The notes: a model not told the origin generated them from the letters alone. 64,000 nucleotides of DNA from Felis catus (GCF_018350175.1 NC_058382.1:55368001-55432000); one strand, 5' to 3'. Shown: positions 37,940-51,522, counted from the first letter of the stretch. Translations and numbers: made by a program.

Positions 37940-38533
37940 TGTTAATTCACCGTCAAATAAAAACAAATCCCGATGTACTAAGGAGAGGTTTTATTTGAAA
38001 GGGTTGTTGCAGGGGGATAGGACGGGCGTGGTATGGGGAATACTCTGACCATAGTTCTGCAAGTATCTCAAGGGTTGGACCAGAAACAGAATGTTGCTTT
38101 TAGAGGGGGCGGTAAACACGTGCAGATGGCTCCAGGTGAGGGGCATTGCATGGGCAGGCAGGCTGTGACCAGACGGTAGATGAAAGGAGGTTTTCCCCTG
38201 AGACCAGCCTATTCTCAGGAGTGGCTGCCTACTGGCTCAGGCTGGGGGTGGGCCAGGGCCCGGGGGAAGAAGAGAATCTGCACCAAAGGTTGGTTAACAA
38301 GCACTTTTTCCCAATGATTCGCTGGTGACAGGCCATTCAGCTAATTATTTATGGAGCAATGGAGGGCCTGGGTCTGGCCCTGTCACCGGTAAGCCAGGGG
38401 AGCATCCATGAGTGTTACCCAGGTCACAGGGGGCAGCGGACTTCTTTGCACTAAGCTGTCTCCTAAGAAACAAAGAGAGGGGGCGATTCTGTTTGCTGTT
38501 TTCCAGAATCGCAGGGCCTGGCAAAGTTCAACA
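37940..38533 (-). mobile_element. Solo ERV1-class LTR (MER67-like)
   Basis: Minus strand begins tgttgaactttgccaggccctg... and ends ...aaca, with AATAAA; resembles recalled MER67 consensus. Confidence 0.65.
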
Positions 38534-38559
38534 CGCCATCACTCCATTTGCCTCCAGCA

Positions 38560-41528
38560 CAGACACACCTCCTTTTGCCTCACTTGGCTTTGTTGTGCTT
38601 CGCAGACAATGCGATTTTTACAGACTGAAGGTTTGTGGCAACCCTGGGTTGAGCAAGTCTACTGACGCCATTTTTCCAACAGCATCTGCTCACTTCATGT
38701 CTGTGTGACACATTCTGGTAATTCTCACAGTATTCCGAACTTTTTCTTTACTATTATATTTGTGATGGTGACCTGTGATCAGTGATCTGTGACGTTACTG
38801 TTGTCATTGTTTTGGGGCACCACGAAGCGTGCCCCTAGAAGACAGCAAACTTAATCAGCCCTTCCCTCGTCTCCCCCTGCCCTCGGGCCTCCCTGTTCCC
38901 TGAGACTCAGCAGTATTGAAATTAGGCCAGTTAGGAACCCGACGCTGGCCTCTAAGGGTGCAAGTGACAGGAAGAGTCTCTTGTCTCTCACTTTAAGTCA
39001 AAAGCTAGAAGTGATTACGCTCAGGGAGAAGGGCATGTTGAAAGCGGAGATAGGCCGGAGCCAGGCCTCTTGCGTCATTTAGCCAAGCTGTGAGTGCAAA
39101 GGGAAAGTACCCGAAGGAGATCAAAAGGGCTCCTCCAGCGGACACGCAAATGCGAAGAGAGCGAGAGGACTTACTGCTGATGAGAAGGTTTCAGCGGTCT
39201 GGATAGAAGAGCAAACATTCTCTTAAGCCAAAGCCTAACCCAGAGCAAAGTGCTAACTCTCTCCAGTTCCATGGAGGCTGAGAGGCGAAGAGGCTGCACA
39301 AGAACAGCTTGAAATTGGCAGATACTGGTTCGTGAGGCGCAAAGGAAAGAGGCTGACGTCCTAACCTCAAAGTCCAAGGTGAAGCAGCAGGTGCTGTTGC
39401 AGAAGCTGCAGCAAAGTATTTAGACATAGTGAAAGTGGCTACACTGACCAATAGATTTTCACTCAACAAGATGTTCAAAGCTAGAGAAGAGAAATCAACG
39501 TCTGGCTTCAGAGGTTCAAAGAAGGGGCTGGTTCTCTTCGTAGGGGCTAATGTAGCTGGTGACTTTGAATTGAAGCCAGTGCTCACTCACCATTCTGAAA
39601 AGGCTTGAGCCCTTAAGAATTATGCTAAATCTGGGGCGCCTGGGTGGCGCAGTCTGTTAAGCGTCTGACTTCAGCCAGGTCACGATCTCGCGGTCCGTGA
39701 GTTTGAGCCCCGCGTCAGGCTCTGGGCTGATGGCTCAGAGCCCGGAGCCTGTTTCCGATTCTGTGTCTCCCTCTCTCTCTGCTCCTCCCCCGTTCATGCT
39801 CTGTCTCTCTCTGTCCCAAAAATAAATAAACGTTGAAAAAAAAAATTAAAAAAAAAAAAGAATTATGCTAAATCTGCTCTATTTGTGCTCTATGAATGGA
39901 ACAACAAAGCCTGGCCGACAGCACATCTGTTTGCCTAATATTTTAAGCCCAGTATTGAGACTCACTGCTCAGGGGAAAAAAAAATTTCTTTCAAAATATT
40001 AGTGCTCACTGACAATGCATCTAGTCACCCAAGGGTGCTGATGGGGGTGGTACAATGAGATGAATGTTGTCTTCATGCCCGCTAACGTAACATCCATTCT
40101 GCAGCCCGTGGATAGAGAAGTAATTTTGAATTTCAAGTCTTATTATTTAAGAAATACATTTTGTAAGGCGAGAGATGCCATAAAAAGTGATTCCTCCGAT
40201 GCATCTGGGCAAAGTCAATTGGAAACCTTCTGGAAAGGATTCACCATTCTGGATGCTGTTAAGGACATTTGTGATTCATGGGAAGAGGTGAAAATATCAG
40301 CATTAACAAGAGTCTGGAAGAAGTTGATTCCAACCCTTATGGATGGATGACTTTGAGGCTGTCCAGACTCGAGTGGAGGAAGTCACCACAGATGTAGTGG
40401 AAATAGCAAGAGAACCAGAATTAAAAGTGGAGCCTGGGACATCTGGGTGGCTCAATCGGTTGAGCGTCTAGCTTTGGCTCAGGTCATGATCTCGACGTTC
40501 GTGAGTTCGAGCCCCACTGCTGTCATCAGACTCACTGCTGTCAGTGCATAGCCCACTTTGGATCCTCTGTCTCCTGCTCTCTCTGCCCCTCCCTGGCTTG
40601 TGCTTTCTCTTTCTCTCAAAAATAAATAAACATTAAAAAAAAAAACACAACAACACGTGGAGCCTAAAGGTGGGACTGAATTGCTGCCTTCTCATGATAA
40701 AACTTTTAATGCATGAGAAGTTGCATCTTATGGATGACCGAAGAAAGTAGTGGCCTTTGTGAAAGTGGTTTCCACTCCTGGTGAAGATGATTGAAATGAC
40801 AAGAGAGGATTTAGCAGATAAACTGAGTTGTCAAAACAGCAGCAGGATTTGAGAAGAATTAACTCCAATTTTGAAAAAAGATCTCCTGTGGGTAAAATGC
40901 TATCACACAACATCACATGAAACAGAGAAATCACTCTCTAAAGGAAGAGTCAATCGATGTGGCAAGCTTTACCGTTGTCTTAAGAAACTGCCACCACCAC
41001 CCCAACCTTCAGCAACCACCACTCCACTTGGTGAGCAGCTGTCAGCATCCAGGCAAGACCCTCCACCATCAAAAAGCCCAGATGATGGTTAGCATTTTTT
41101 AGCAATAAAGTATTTCTTAAATATTTTATTTTTAACATTTATTTAATTTTGAGACGGAGAACGAGAGAGAGAGAGCAACCAGGGGAGTGACAGAGAGAGC
41201 GGGAGAGAGAGAATCCCAGGCAGGCTCCACGCTATAGCACAGAGCCCGATGCAGGGCTTGAATCACTCACAAACTGTGAGATCATGACGTGAGCCGAAAT
41301 CAAGAGTCGACACTTAACTGACTGAGCCACCCAGGTGCCCCAGCAATAAAGTATTTTTTAATTAAGGTATGTACGTTGTTTTTTAGGCCTAATGCTATTG
41401 TACATTTAATAGGCTACAGTATAGTGTAAACATAACTTTTATATATGCTGGGAAACCAAAACATTCATTTGACTTGCTTTATTGTGGCAGTCTGGAACTG
41501 AACCCGCAAAATCTCTGAAGTTTGCCTG
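38560..41528 (+). mobile_element. Near-full-length Tigger1 (pogo/Tc1-mariner) DNA transposon, decayed, with three SINE insertions
   Basis: Termini cagacacacct... and ...gtttgcctg|ta; DDE transposase peptide MNVVFMPANVTSILQPVDREVILNFKSYYLRNTF (ORF 40060..40350). Confidence 0.9.
39633..39857 (+). mobile_element. Young feline SINE subfamily copy inside Tigger1
   Basis: CpG-rich, diagnostic ttcagccaggtcacgatctcgcggtcc; perfect TSD aagaattatgctaaatct. Confidence 0.93.
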
Positions 41529-42944
41529 TATCTTCCACATGCCAGGCTCTTCCTAGGAACTTTCTAGAGAGTTAGATCCTGGATTCACAAAGCTAGTCAA
41601 AGTTACGACCTTCAGGGGGTGCGTGGCTGGCTCCATCCATCAGTAGAGCATGTGACTCTTGATCTCAGGGTCGTGAGTTCAAGCTCCACATTGGGCATGG
41701 AGCCTACTTAATAAATTAAAGTTTTTTAAAAAGACGCTACTTTCAAAAATATCTTCCAGATTGTTCTCTACTCAGAGAACATGTAGTCAGGATCAACACA
41801 TCTCCTTCTTCTCTCACTTAGCATAAAGTTTTCAAGATTCACCATTGCTGTAGTGTGTAACAGAACTTTATTTCCTTCTATGGCTGAATCATATTTCATT
41901 GGATGGATACACCATGTTGTGTTTATGTATCCGTCTGTTGGTAGACTTTTGGGTGGACAACCTTTCTCACCCTCCTCTGCACATGCCCTGGCTGGGTGTT
42001 TCTTTGCTGCATGGAACCCGGGGCCGCGGCCTTCATCTCTGCACTGCAGAACGATTCTTTCTGTGCAGGGAAGGAACATGCGGACATCCTAATATGACAG
42101 AAACCTGTCAGGAGAACTGGAAGCTTGAAAATTCATGGCCTCAATATGCCCAGCTGCGTCGACCATGAGGCAGAAGCACAGGGTTTGGTGTATCACAAAT
42201 GGGAGGGGCCCTCCGTGGACACATGGCCTTGCCCGCCACAGCAGGTGTAACCCAGCTCCAGACCCATTCTTCGTGCCAATCGGGTTCTAAGTTAGTTACT
42301 TGCAGGTTGATCATACCCTTCCTTGCTGGACCACACGAGGAGCATTCTGGACTTGGCTTCCCCACACTTCCCCTCTCTTCTTAAACAGATAAAGGAGAAG
42401 GTGGCTGGTCCAGGATAACGAAGAGGCATGGGCTTGGATTTAGGCCCCGGCAGAGAGTCTAAGTCTATCCCTACTATCTCTGTAATGCTGGCCCTTCTCC
42501 TTTTCAGTTTTCCCCTGTGTAGAATGGGAAAGGTAATCTCACCTGTTGACATTTGGAGAATAATTTTGCAAGACAGTACTGGTCACCAGTGACATCTGAG
42601 GTTTCCGGGGTGGTGTAGGGATTTGCGTGCTTGGCACCTATCTGTGGCGCTTGGCACTGTCCAGGAGCTGGTTCCAGCATAGTTGACTGAGAAGTTGAAT
42701 TTGTCCAGCTGCAGGGCAAAGCCACATTCACTGGGCTCACAAAACTGGCACACACATATTACATGTTGAAGAGCCATAATTCTAATGTCCTAATTTATAC
42801 CAAGATGGACATCTGTCACCTGGCTCAGATGCTTCTATCTGCCTCCATTGTTACTGTCTCTTCCTCTGGGCAGGCCCTGGTGGTGACGCTTACACAGAGG
42901 CCTGTCTCCCGAGCATAGATGCACATGGACATACAAGAAGCAAA

Positions 42945-43276
42945 AGTTAAATGCAATCAGCATTATTTATAGTAGTCGATACATGGAAGCAACCCAAGTG
43001 TCCGCTGACAGATGAAAGGAGAGGGGTGCCCGGGTGGTTCAGTCGGTTAAGCATCCGACTTGGGCTCAGGTCATGATCTCACTGCTTGTGAGTTCGAGCC
43101 CCGCATCATGTTCTGTGCTGAGAGCTCAGAGCCTGGAGCCTGCTTCAGATTCTGTGTCTCTCACTCTCTTTCCCCCCCTCCACTTGTGCTTTGTCTCTCT
43201 GTCTCAAAAATAAGGACATTGAAAATATTAAAAAAAAAATAGATGAATGAATAAAGAAGATGTGGTGCACATGCGT

Positions 43277-43316
<40 letters not shown>

Positions 43317-44863
43317 TATTATTCAGCCATAAAAAAGAATGAGACCTTGCCATTTGCAACAACATGGATGGACCTAAAGGTATTATCCTAAGTGAAATAA
43401 GTCAGGAAGGCAAATACCGTATGATTTTACTTGTATGTGGAATCTAAAACAAAACAAATAAAAAAAATCAGAAACAGATCCATAAATAGAGAACAAAGTA
43501 GCGGTTGCTAGGGGGAGGGGGCTAGGGGCTGGGCAAAATGGGTGAAGAGCAGTGAGAGATACAGGCTTCCAGTTATGCAACGAATAAATAAGTCACAGGG
43601 ATGAAAGGGACAGCATGGGGAATATAGTCATAGTATTGTAAGAGTGATGTATGGGGACAGATAGTAGCTACACTTGTGCTGAACACAATATAATGTGTAA
43701 ACTTGTCAGATCGCTAATTTGCACTTCGGAAACTAATGTCACATTGTGTGAGCCATACTCAAGCAATAAATAAATAAAGAAACAAATAAATAAATAAGAC
43801 AAAAGGACAGAAAAACAGGCATTCACATGCCTTGCTGATAAATGTGAAAGACTAAAATCTATGACCATTTTAAACGTGTCTATCTTTGACCCAGAAAGTC
43901 TCAGGGTCTGTCCTAGAGAACAAATACATACATTCAGAGACACATAAGTGATGCTCTTTCCAGCACTGTACATGAGAGCAAAAGAAGGAATTAACCTAAA
44001 TGTCCATGAATAGGAAAATGATTATATAACTTTTGGTGCTTCTGATGGAATATGACACAGCAATTTTATTTTTATTTTTTTTATTAAAAAAATTTTTTTT
44101 TCAACGTTTATTTATTTTTGGGACAGAGAGAGACAGAGCATGAACGGGCGAGGGGCAGAGAGAGGGAGACACAGAATCGGAAACAGGCTCCAGGCTCTGA
44201 GCCATCAGCCCAGAGCCCGACGCGGGGCTCGAACTCACGGACTGCGAGATCGTGACCTGGCTGAAGTCGGACGCTTAACCGACTGCGCCACCCAGGCGCC
44301 CCATGACACAGCAATTTTAAAAGATGGGGTAGAGCTATATCAACTGACATGGATATTCCTCCAAGATACTTTTTAAAAATGTTTTTATTTTTGAGAGACA
44401 GAGAGATACAGAGTGCTAACGGCGGAGGGGCAGAGAGAGGAAGACAGAATCCGAAGCAGGCTCCAGGCTCTGAGCTGTCAGCACAGAGCCCGACATGGGG
44501 CTCAAACCCACAAACCGTGATATCGTGACCTGAGTCGAAGTTGGACGCTCAACCGACTGAGCCACCCAGGCAGCACTCCAAGATGTTTTGTTAAGCAAAA
44601 TGCTACATTCACCCATTTTGTCCAACCTACCACCCCCCGCCCCTCTGACAACCATCAGTTTGTTCTCTGTATTTATAGGTCTGATTCTGCCTTTTGTTTG
44701 TTTATTCATTTGTTTGGTTTTTTAGGTCTCACTTAGGAGTGAAATTACATGGTATTTGTCTTTCTTAGTGTGACTGATTTCACTGGGCATCATACCTTCT
44801 AGGTCCATCCGTGTTGTCTCAAATGGCAGGATTTCATTCTTTTTTTAGGACTGTATAATATTC

Positions 44864-44910
<47 letters not shown>

Positions 44911-45430
44911 AAACACGTTTTCCTTATCTGTTAATCTATTGATGGACATTTAAGTAGCTTCCATTTCCTGGCTGTTATAAACAATGCTGCAATAAAAATA
45001 AGGATCCACGTATCCTTACAAAGTAGTGTTTTTGTTTTCTTTGGGTAAATACCCAATAGTGGAATTATTGCATCATATGGTATTTCTATTTTTAATGTTT
45101 TGAACAACCTCTATACTGTTTTCCACAGTGGCTGCACCAATTTGCGTTCATGACAACAGTTCACAAGTGTTCCTTCTTCTCCACATCCTCGCCAACACTT
45201 GGTATTTCTTGTCATTTTGATTGTAGCCGTTTTAACTGGTGTGAGAGGATATCTCATGGTGGTTTTGACTTGCGTTTCCCTGGCACTTAGTGATACTGAA
45301 CATCTTCTCATGTGTATGTTGGCCATTTGTATGTCTTCTTTGGGAAAATGTCTATTCAGTGCCTCGGCCCATTTTTGAATTAGATTGTTTGATTTTTTTT
45401 TTTTTTTTTTTTTTGGTGTTGAGTTTGTCC
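42945..45430. mobile_element. Patchwork of L1 3' fragments (plus at ~42945-43800, minus at ~44600-45430) with SINE insertions
   Basis: tggaagcaacccaagtgtcc...tattattcagccataaaaaagaatgag; minus-strand ORF2 C-terminal peptide ...[17 protein letters not shown]...[10 protein letters not shown] (ORF 45111..45326). Confidence 0.85.
44069..44302 (-). mobile_element. Young feline SINE
   Basis: Same diagnostic subfamily; perfect TSD atgacacagcaatttta. Confidence 0.92.
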
Positions 45431-46593
45431 TTTCACCGTCTAATGGTGATCATCCTCTTCTTAGGGACAGTGACACTTCTGTTCAGATTCCAGGAAGGTT
45501 TTGTTAGCTTGGAAGTAAGATGTCTTTTCTGGTCACTGACACATTGATCCTTGAGTCAACTGTCAGCGTGCTCTCTGATTTCTCATATTTTCCAGTTCTT
45601 AGGTAGATGCCTGACTATAGCCCCTGACTGCTGATAAGAGGGATCCCTCAAGGTTTACAGGAAAGATCACCTGACCCAGCCAGCGTGAAGACTATGTCTC
45701 ACCTTTAGAGTTCTGGAGGCATATTGACTGTTGGGTGTTTATTCTGCTGTGGCTCAACAGGTGATTTTATGTGCATGTTGCCTTCATTCAGACCTTCAGA
45801 TATCTATCACTTGTGGGCATAAAACCATTTTTCAAGAGTCTATAATATCCTGCAGACTGGTTTGGATAAACTCCCACCTCAAAGTATGAGGGGTATTTTA
45901 CATATTATTTGTCATCCATTTATTTCCACAAAGTGATGCACTTAGGGCCTTCTATCTGGCTTCTGTTGCACCTATCCTTCTAGGGTTGATGTCTATTCAA
46001 CAACTTGGGAGAAGGCCATCATGGGGGGAAAAGTTCTGAGGAGATGAGCAGTGCAGGTGGCTATGAGCCATCATCTTTCATAACCTAGAAGGGACTGGGA
46101 AGCTTCTTGTTACTGACTTCTGTCCACAGGGACGCAGGATCGGACATTTTGTTACGTCTCTAAAACCCAAAACCGACCCTAAGGTATTAGTTTGTAACGA
46201 ATGATTCACTGAAGATTTTACAGAGTGATGGAAGCTACATCAAATACGACACAGCAGAGATTGATAGAAAAATTTCCATGATGTGTCTTTACTTTCCCTC
46301 CTAAGTTATGTGGCCACCAGCCACTCCTGGACCATCCCTCCGTCAGAAATTCCCCTTTCACTTAAGCCCCCACTCCAAATTTTACCTAACTTTCCTTCTT
46401 TTTATACAGAGAAATGCATGTGTTTTGGCTTGTCTGTGCATTTTTCCACTTAGCAGATAAAGAAACTTCCTCAAGTGCCACCCTCTCCAGAAAACGCGGA
46501 CAATCATACCTAGCATGGAATGTTTTCCTCATTAAGTGACTTCTCCTGCCACCTGAGTCTGAGCCCACTTTGTCTTGCCTCCATCCCTTGCAG

Positions 46594-46806
46594 GTGGTGA
46601 TTCTGGCTTTGGCCATGCCCTGTCCAAATATCTGGATGAGCTTGGCTTCACGGTATTTGTCGGAGTTCTGAATGAAAAGGGACCAGGAGCAGAGGAACTG
46701 CGAAGAACCTGCTCCAAGCGCGTCTCCGTGCTCCAGATGGACATCACCAACCCGCAGCAGATAAAAGACGCCCACAGCAAAGTGGTGGAAAAGGTGCAGA
46801 ACAGAG
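46594..46806 (+). CDS. HSD17B2: 17-beta-hydroxysteroid dehydrogenase type 2, coding exon 2 (213 nt, phase 1 to 1)
   Basis: Acceptor ccatcccttgcag|GT, donor AGAG|gtactg. Translates GGDSGFGHALSKYLDELGFTVFVGVLNEKGPGAEELRRTCSKRVSVLQMDITNPQQIKDAHSKVVEKVQNR: SDR Rossmann GxxxGxG motif, near-identical to recalled mammalian HSD17B2. No stops. Confidence 0.96.
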
Positions 46807-47334
46807 GTACTGCGACCCACCCCTCCTAGCAAGTGACCCACTCTGGTTCCAGCCTCGAATTACCACTGTCCTCTAGTCCATTCTGGCTGCTGACCACATC
46901 TGAGGGTGTGAGCACCTGTCACGTGCCACGGCCTCTCGCAGACACAAAGATGGTACGAATGGGTCAGCAGTCCATCCTCACAGAACTTGAATTCTTGAAC
47001 CCATTTGCCCAACATCTGCTTGGTCACCCTCCCATTGCTTACCCTCATGCTCGCGCTTCCCGTTGCTTTCCTCCCACCAATATTAACATGCGTTAGACTT
47101 AAAAAAAAAAAAAAAGTAACCATTACTGTCTTCCTTTAGTCACAGCCCTTCTTCTTCCCCTTCCTTCATGGCCGAGCTCTTTGGAACCCTGCTGTCCTGT
47201 TTTTAACTTGTTCACCTTCAATCCTGTGTTGGCTTACTGGTCTGGCTGACCTGATAAGTGTCATCCTGGACACCTAGCTGTTTATCTCTCTGCACTATTT
47301 TATTTTTTAATTAAAAAATTTTTAATCTTTATTT

Positions 47335-47587
47335 ATTTTTTTAAACATCATATGACATTGGTTTTTTTTTTTAATTTTTTTTTTCAACGTTTATTTATTT
47401 TTGGGACAGAGAGAGACAGAGCACGAACGGGGGAGGGGCAGAGAGAGAGGGAGACACAGAATCGGAAACAGGCTCCAGGCTCTGAGCCATCAGCCCAGAG
47501 CCCGATGCGGGGCTCGAACTCACGGACCGCGAGATCGTGACCTGGCTGAAGTCGGACGCTTAACCGACTGCGCCACCCAGGCGCCCC
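47335..47587 (-). mobile_element. Young feline SINE with 3' tag, inserted in the tail of an older SINE (47590-47790)
   Basis: TSD tttaatctttattt at 47321-47334 and 47588-47601. Confidence 0.9.
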
Positions 47588-48344
47588 TTTAATCTTTATT
47601 TTTGAGAGACAAAGAGAACAAGTGTGTGAGCAGGGGATGGGCAGAGAGAGAGGGAGAGAGAGAATTCCAAGCAGGCTCTGCACTGTCAGCATAGAGCCAG
47701 ACTCAGGGCTCCAACCCACGAACCACGAGATCATGACCTGGGCTGAAACCAAGAGTCAGAAACTTAACTGACTGAGCCACCCAGGCAACCCCCCCCCAAC
47801 CTTTGTTTTTTTTTAATTTTAATAATCCCTTTTACTTAACCCAGTATATCTACAACATTAATATTTCAATATGTAATCAATACAAAGGTTATTAGTGAAG
47901 TATTTCACATTTTTTTAACTAAATCTTTGAAATCTGGTGTGTATTTTATACTTACAGCTCAACTCAATTTAGAGGCTAAATTTTCAATGGTTAAAGTGAA
48001 ATATAGTCCTACCAAAACCACAGAGCTGTATTTATTTATTTATTTAATTTAAATCCAAGTTAGTTAACATAGAGCTGCAGTATTATAAATGTGCTGACCA
48101 CCCTCCCTTGTCTTGGCTTTGAGGTCTCCAGCTTTCCTATTGCTTCCCTAGTTCTCTGATTTTTTTTTTTGCTTCTCCTGCCTGAACCCCTTCTTCCATC
48201 CCCCCAAAGAATGTGAATGTTTCTGCAGGCTCCATCCACAAACTTCCCATTCCATGTTTCCTGGGCTAAGCTGTTCTGTCCCTGTGCTACTCAGCTGCAT
48301 ATTACAATCACCTGGCGAGTGTTCGAAAATACCCATGCTTGGGC

Positions 48345-48522
48345 CCAGGATGGCCTACATAAGTTGGAGGCCCCAGGGCAAAATTAAAATGATGTAAGGC
48401 CCCTTGTTTCAAAAATGATGAAGACTTCAAGATGATGCTAGCAGAGAAGTGACACAAGCAGGAAGATCAGAAGCACGGGGCCCTGTGTGACTGCACAGGT
48501 GGTACACCCATGATGCCCACCC
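48345..48522. mobile_element. MER45-like hAT element
   Basis: ggccccttgtttcaaaaatgat...ggggccctgtgtgactgcacagg...cacccatga. Confidence 0.6.
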
Positions 48523-50828
48523 AGCCTGGGAACCCTTCCCCTAACCAATCAGATCGGTGTCTACAGGCAAGGATTCAGCTGTCCTTCAATAAGGGGGCTG
48601 CTACTGTTGCTAGCCTGTTGCTACGAATGTCAGCGGCAAAGAAGGTCCCACTCGGGGGTCCCAGGCCTCAGTATATTTGAAAGCTCCCTAGGTGATACTA
48701 AGGTTCTGCCAGAGCTGAGAAACACTGAGATGTATGCCAGTCACTTCCAAGTGTATTACCAGCCTAGCCCCCTTCTCAACATCTCAACCTATATGTATAT
48801 AAAACTGTCTGCCTGACATCCCGCCTCCCTTTGTTAAAATCTGACCTCATTATCTTTTCCCCTGTTGCCTGTCTGCAAATGCGCTTACCCTCCTTCATTC
48901 CACAGCTCAGAAGTTGGCATTGGCACGAAGTCAGTCATCCAAGACAGCAGCCTGGGGGTCACTTAGACCTGCAGCTTACCCTCAGTCCCTAAATCCTATT
49001 TGTCCCAAGTCCTTCAGTTCCACGTCCTAGATCTTCCTCACCCCAGCCCTATTCTCTCATCTCCAGGCAGTGAGGCTTAGAAGGCTTCACCTTCCACCTG
49101 GGCCCCCACGATCTTCCTTGCGATGGGGCTCCCTCCCCATTACTTTCCAAATGGGCAGTGATCTTTACAATGTGCACCTTATAACGCCACCCATCTCTTA
49201 TAGACCCTTGGACATACAGGGCCTCCGTGTCTTGGGTCCCTCCCATGAGCCAGGCCTGTGGGAGGTGTCTTGCTCAGTCTCACTGAATGGTTCAGTGGGT
49301 CTCTATCTGCCACCAAATACAATCTAAACCTCTTCACAAGAATTTGAAAGCTCTCAGGATAGTGGCCACTGACAAACCCTTAATCTGCAATACCTATTGG
49401 CCCACTCGGTAAATTCTGATCAGTTTCCAGAGTAGAATATGTGAAATGTACCATATCTTTGTACATGCAGCTTCCTCTTACCAAAATTTCCCTCTTGCCT
49501 CTGCTCCCTTTTTCTAAGACTCTTGATTTGTCCAACTGCAGACTCTACTCCCACAGGAGGCCTGGCTCAAACATAACATCTCGCGCATGATCTTCCTGTT
49601 GATCCAAGTGACACCATTCACTTTCTCTTCTGGACGCTCACTTGTTATACCTTGCATACACCTGCATTACTGATTATAAATATCTGTCCATCTCCTGCTC
49701 CTCACCACCAGGTTCCTTGAGAATCACAACCATGTTCCCAGGAGGATGCGTTCAGACGCCAGTGGCACAAACCCAGGTCGAAATGGCTAACGTATAAAGG
49801 AATGTATGTGCGTAATTGAAATGACAGGTTAGCTTCAGGCGTGTTGGATCGTTAAACAATGTCATCAGGGCTCAGTCTCTGTTTCTTACCCTGCTCTCTC
49901 CCTGGTTGGCTTCACGTTGGGGCTTTGCATGGAGGCCTCAAGCACTTGCAGCTTATATCCTCTTTACTGCTGACATTTTCAGCATAAAAAGAGTAATATT
50001 ATCTGCCTCATTTGGCAGTTGAAGATGTAGTTATACAGAAAGCACTTAGAAGAGTCCCTGACATGAGGAAGGCATTCAGTACGGGCTCCTGTTTTCCATT
50101 CATTCAACACTAAGCACAGTCCCTGGCATATAATAAATATTCAGCAAACATCTAAGAAGTGAGAGGAGGAAAGAAAAATAGACTTTTTGTTATTAGGGAT
50201 TAATTTTCAGCAAGTTTAGCAATGTGTGGTCGTTTTCTAGAAAAGTAGTCTTCCTGGCCTGCTCTTTTGTGGTCTCAGAGATTTGAGCTTGTCCCTCTTA
50301 AGAAAGGGACTTCATGGTGTCTTATTCAATAAGATATTCGATACAGACCCCTCTAGTGAGGCCCAGAGGGGCAGTATTAACCATACTGAAGGATAAAGCA
50401 ATGGGCTATAGATATGGAAATACTACACCAGCATCCAGGGATGCTGAAGGGGTGTGGGGGAATACACTTCCCAATGAGCGAGCCCATGGTATTTTGTGGC
50501 CAGAATTCTGGAGAGCCACCCTCTTCTGAGGCAGAATTATCAATATGCCTTCTGTCCGCTTTCCTTGAGGTCTCTCTCAACCTCAGCCTCTCGACTCAAA
50601 GAGGAAGTGAAGCAGTGAAACACAGAATTTAAAATCACCAAGAAGGAGGTTTCCTGAAGAACCCTCTGGGACCTGGAGACAAACGAGAAAATGTCAGCTC
50701 CTGTAAGAGAGCTGTCACTGTGCTGTGTTCCTACACAGCACATTATTATATAAGTAAATATTACTTATTTTAAAGTTAATACGACCCATAGGTATAGTGG
50801 GCTTATCAGCCATCTTAAAATTCTATGG

Positions 50829-51522
50829 CAGGAGTTGGCAAACTATGGCCCTGTTCTGTTTTGTTTTATATTTTATTTTGAAAAAAATTGTAGATTCATA
50901 GGAAGTTGCAAATAAATGTCAGGCAGAGCCTGTGTGTGTTTTGCCAAGCCTCTCCCAGTGTTAACATCTTACATAACTACAGTACAATATCAAAACCAGG
51001 AAATTGGCATTGGTGTAAGCCACAGAGCTTATATTTCACCAGCTATACATATGAGCATGTGTGTGTGCACGCGCGCACATGCGTGTGTAGCTTTGTACGA
51101 GAGCATCACAATCAAAACACAGAACTATTCCATCACTACCAGGCTCTCTCATGCCACGTTTTTAGAGCCATATTCTCATCTGTCACTCCTGGCGATCACA
51201 AATCTGTTCTCTCTCTAACTTTGTCATTTAAAGAACATTATATAGATCTGCCACCTGTTTTTGCACAGCCTCTGAGCTAAGGAAGGTTTTCATAGTTTTA
51301 AATGGTTGAAAAAATCAGAAGAAGAAGATTATTTTGACAAATGAAAATGATATGGAATTCAAATGTCAATGTCCATAAATGCAGCTTTAGTGTGGCCCTG
51401 CTCCCGTTCATTTACGGATGAAGTCTGCGTCTGCTCTTACCCTATAGCATAGCTGAAACAGTAGTGCTCACACAGAACTGTTCACTATCTGGCCTTTTTT
51501 AGAAAAAGTTTGGCGACCCCAA
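50829..51522 (+). mobile_element. MER58B hAT element interrupted by an L1 3' fragment (~50860-51245)
   Basis: caggagttggcaaactatggccc ... gagctaaggaaggttttcata...aaaagtttggcgacccc. Confidence 0.7.

Noticed and set aside
40060..40350. Domesticated transposase gene (TIGD1-like)
   Set aside because: Part of a Tigger1 with stops, frameshifts and SINE insertions in the ORF.
46386..46841. 151-aa minus-strand ORF, and minus ORFs at 53318-53590
   Set aside because: Antisense shadows of HSD17B2 exons.
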